A stretch of 64,000 bases of DNA from Octopus sinensis (lineage: Eukaryota), in assembly GCF_006345805.1 (NCBI RefSeq), contig NC_042997.1:79856001-79920000 (forward strand), written 5' to 3'. Of the stretch, positions 61,801-64,000 are shown piece after piece. Position 1 is the first letter of the stretch; every line of letters starts with the position of its first letter. Position numbers and translations under genes: made by a program. The notes beneath the pieces are model-generated. The model searched no databases and had not been told where the DNA came from. It saw nothing but the letters and a program-made list of their open reading frames with translations.

Positions 61801-64000
61801 CATCAATATTTCTGATTGGAAGAAAAACAATGTAATTTGAAATGGTGGAACATGTATAAATTGAAAATTATATATGATACAAGAAACCTAATAGATCTTA
61901 AGAAAATTAAGCATTGTATGAATAAAGTTCTCATTGAGGACCTACTAAGTAAGTAATGAAATATGTTTATATACTAAATAAGCTTGTATACCATTATATA
62001 TTCAACTTATTAACTGTGGTAACTTTGGAACCTAATCATTTACCAGACCATAGAGAAAGTCAAAAAACAGAAATTCATTCCAAATGGAAGTCTCTTGGTG
62101 AACATATTTTTACCATCTCAGTCTACATGTATGTACTGATGTTTTATCAAAGTTACAAGAAAGCTTAGAATAAGAAATAATGCAACTAAGGCTTTCAAAC
62201 AGAATTTTTGTTTGTGTAATTCATTTTTCCATGCTAGTATGGATTAAATGAATATGTTATCAAGGTATTGTTTTACAGCCAGACACCTTTTCTATCTCTA
62301 ACCCTTACCAATTTTTCAAGTAAGAGATCTTTTATTTTACATATCTTTGAAGGCACAAAGCCAATGAATGCTTTATTGCCTGGAGAAAGAGACAAAAACT
62401 TTGCTGCATTTATTGTGTGATATTATGCAAATGTAAACACAGACAAACATGTATGTATGTGAACATGCATACATACACACATGAGTTTCTTTGAGTTTCT
62501 GCCTACCAAATCCACTCACTGGGCTTTGGTTAGCCTGGGACACTCAAAAGATGAAAACACTCCAAGTGAAGAACAATGGTGCTGAACCTGAAACCACACA
62601 GTTGGGAAAAGAACTTCTTAATTGTACAACCATGCTTGCTCCTAATGTAAAGTCTAAAACAAATTCAAAACAAGTTGGATCATAGGAATTGTAGGATCAT
62701 GGAGTGGTGGATTTAAGAGGTACAACTTTTATTATTTAATAAAAATGGTATACTTGGTAAAAGTGTCAAATCTTGTTATTACCAATGAGGTTTGTTAGCT
62801 TCATCATATATGAAAGTAATGTTGGCATGGAAAAATATGGTATCATATGTGAGTATTCATAGTATTTAGAGGCAATCACCTCTAAATATTATCAGTATAT
62901 TTATCATCATCTTCATATGTCTATTTTCCATGCTGGCTCTGGCTGGATTATTTATTACAGGTCAAGCTACATTTGATCAGAGTTACTGCTCTGCTAGACA
63001 TGGTTGAGAGACCACATCTCTCTCACTCTCTCACTCTCTCACTCTCTCATTAGTATGTTTTCTATGGTTGGATGCCCTTCCTAACATTAACCAGTTTAGA
63101 GAGTATACTAGTGAATTTGTCTTGTCAAGGACAAGACAAACTGATGAACCCCCTGTATCCTACATCTCTGCTGAATGCATTTATGTTTTTATTTATCATC
63201 ATCATTCAATATCCATTTCTTATGTTGGCATTGGTTGGTCAGCTTGGCAGGAACTAGCAAGGCCAGGAGCCGCACCAGGTTCTGTAGTCTGTTTTGGCTT
63301 GGTTTCTACAGATGGATGCCCTTCCTAATCAATTCAGTTATGGTATACATGTCTTCTTGAGTATAGCAATATGTCACATATTTTGGTCCTTTTCTTAAGA
63401 CTCAGTGAGATACCATGCTAATCAAAACTTGTGTATTTTGTTTTTACTTTGATCAAAATTTTACTTTCTAAGATTATATTATAGAAAGGAATAGAATTTT
63501 ATATATAAATTTTCAAATATTTTATGATTATAGTCGATTAATTTATATTCCTATATGAAGTAATAAGAGATCTCCTTTTGTGAAGAAAAGCTGTATTTTC
63601 ATCTGTAATTTTTAGTTTTGATTATTTGTGAGAGATAGTTCTGCTGCTCTAACCATTAAAATGAAAAGTAGCTTCATTAGTTTATTAAATATTTAACAAT
63701 ATATGGCCAATTGTTAATAACAATGTCAGCAAATGCCAGCCTTTTCTATTATCTTTACTAATTATTGATTAATTCTAATTTTGTGTCACTTGATGATATT
63801 TTATAATGCAATTAACACTTGTAAGAAGAATGTTCAAATGTCTTGAGACATAATTCCATTGCAATTCTATATGGGTTATCATCTTTCTAAATCCTCTTCA
63901 ACCCAAATTGATCATAAATAGATATTTATTAACTGATAATGATTGCTGAGTAATTTAGTCTCTCAACAATTCTAGTTTTCTATGTCACCTAGTGTTCATC

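Overview
AT-rich, repeat-saturated eukaryotic DNA. The tRNA/CORE-type SINEs, RTE/CR1 LINEs and huge (TA)n/(TATG)n tracts suggest an octopus/coleoid cephalopod; this is an inference, no search was run. Nearly all identifiable sequence is transposon-derived: DD37D Tc1/mariner, mariner, hAT, piggyBac, Helitrons, Merlin-like foldback MITEs carrying TTAGGG repeats, and Tx1/L1, RTE and CR1-like LINEs. The only host-gene signal is one 82-bp exon (58463-58544) resembling coding exon 2 of a calcium-channel alpha2delta subunit. The centrepiece is 16.5-24.0 kb: a very young, apparently intact Penelope-like element (PLE; 775-aa RT + C-terminal GIY-YIG, probably Hydra clade) in tandem/inverted configuration inside a (TA)n tract. 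It carries a non-canonical hammerhead ribozyme (HHR) in three copies and a candidate 5' intron. It is preceded by two unrelated HHR-bearing mini-fragments and a near-perfect 1-kb inverted duplication of host flank. At least seven complete HHR motifs of four types occur in the window, all in elements associated with (TA)n tracts. One 100-N assembly gap is present, and the long Tyr/Ile/Met/Cys ORFs are microsatellite artefacts.
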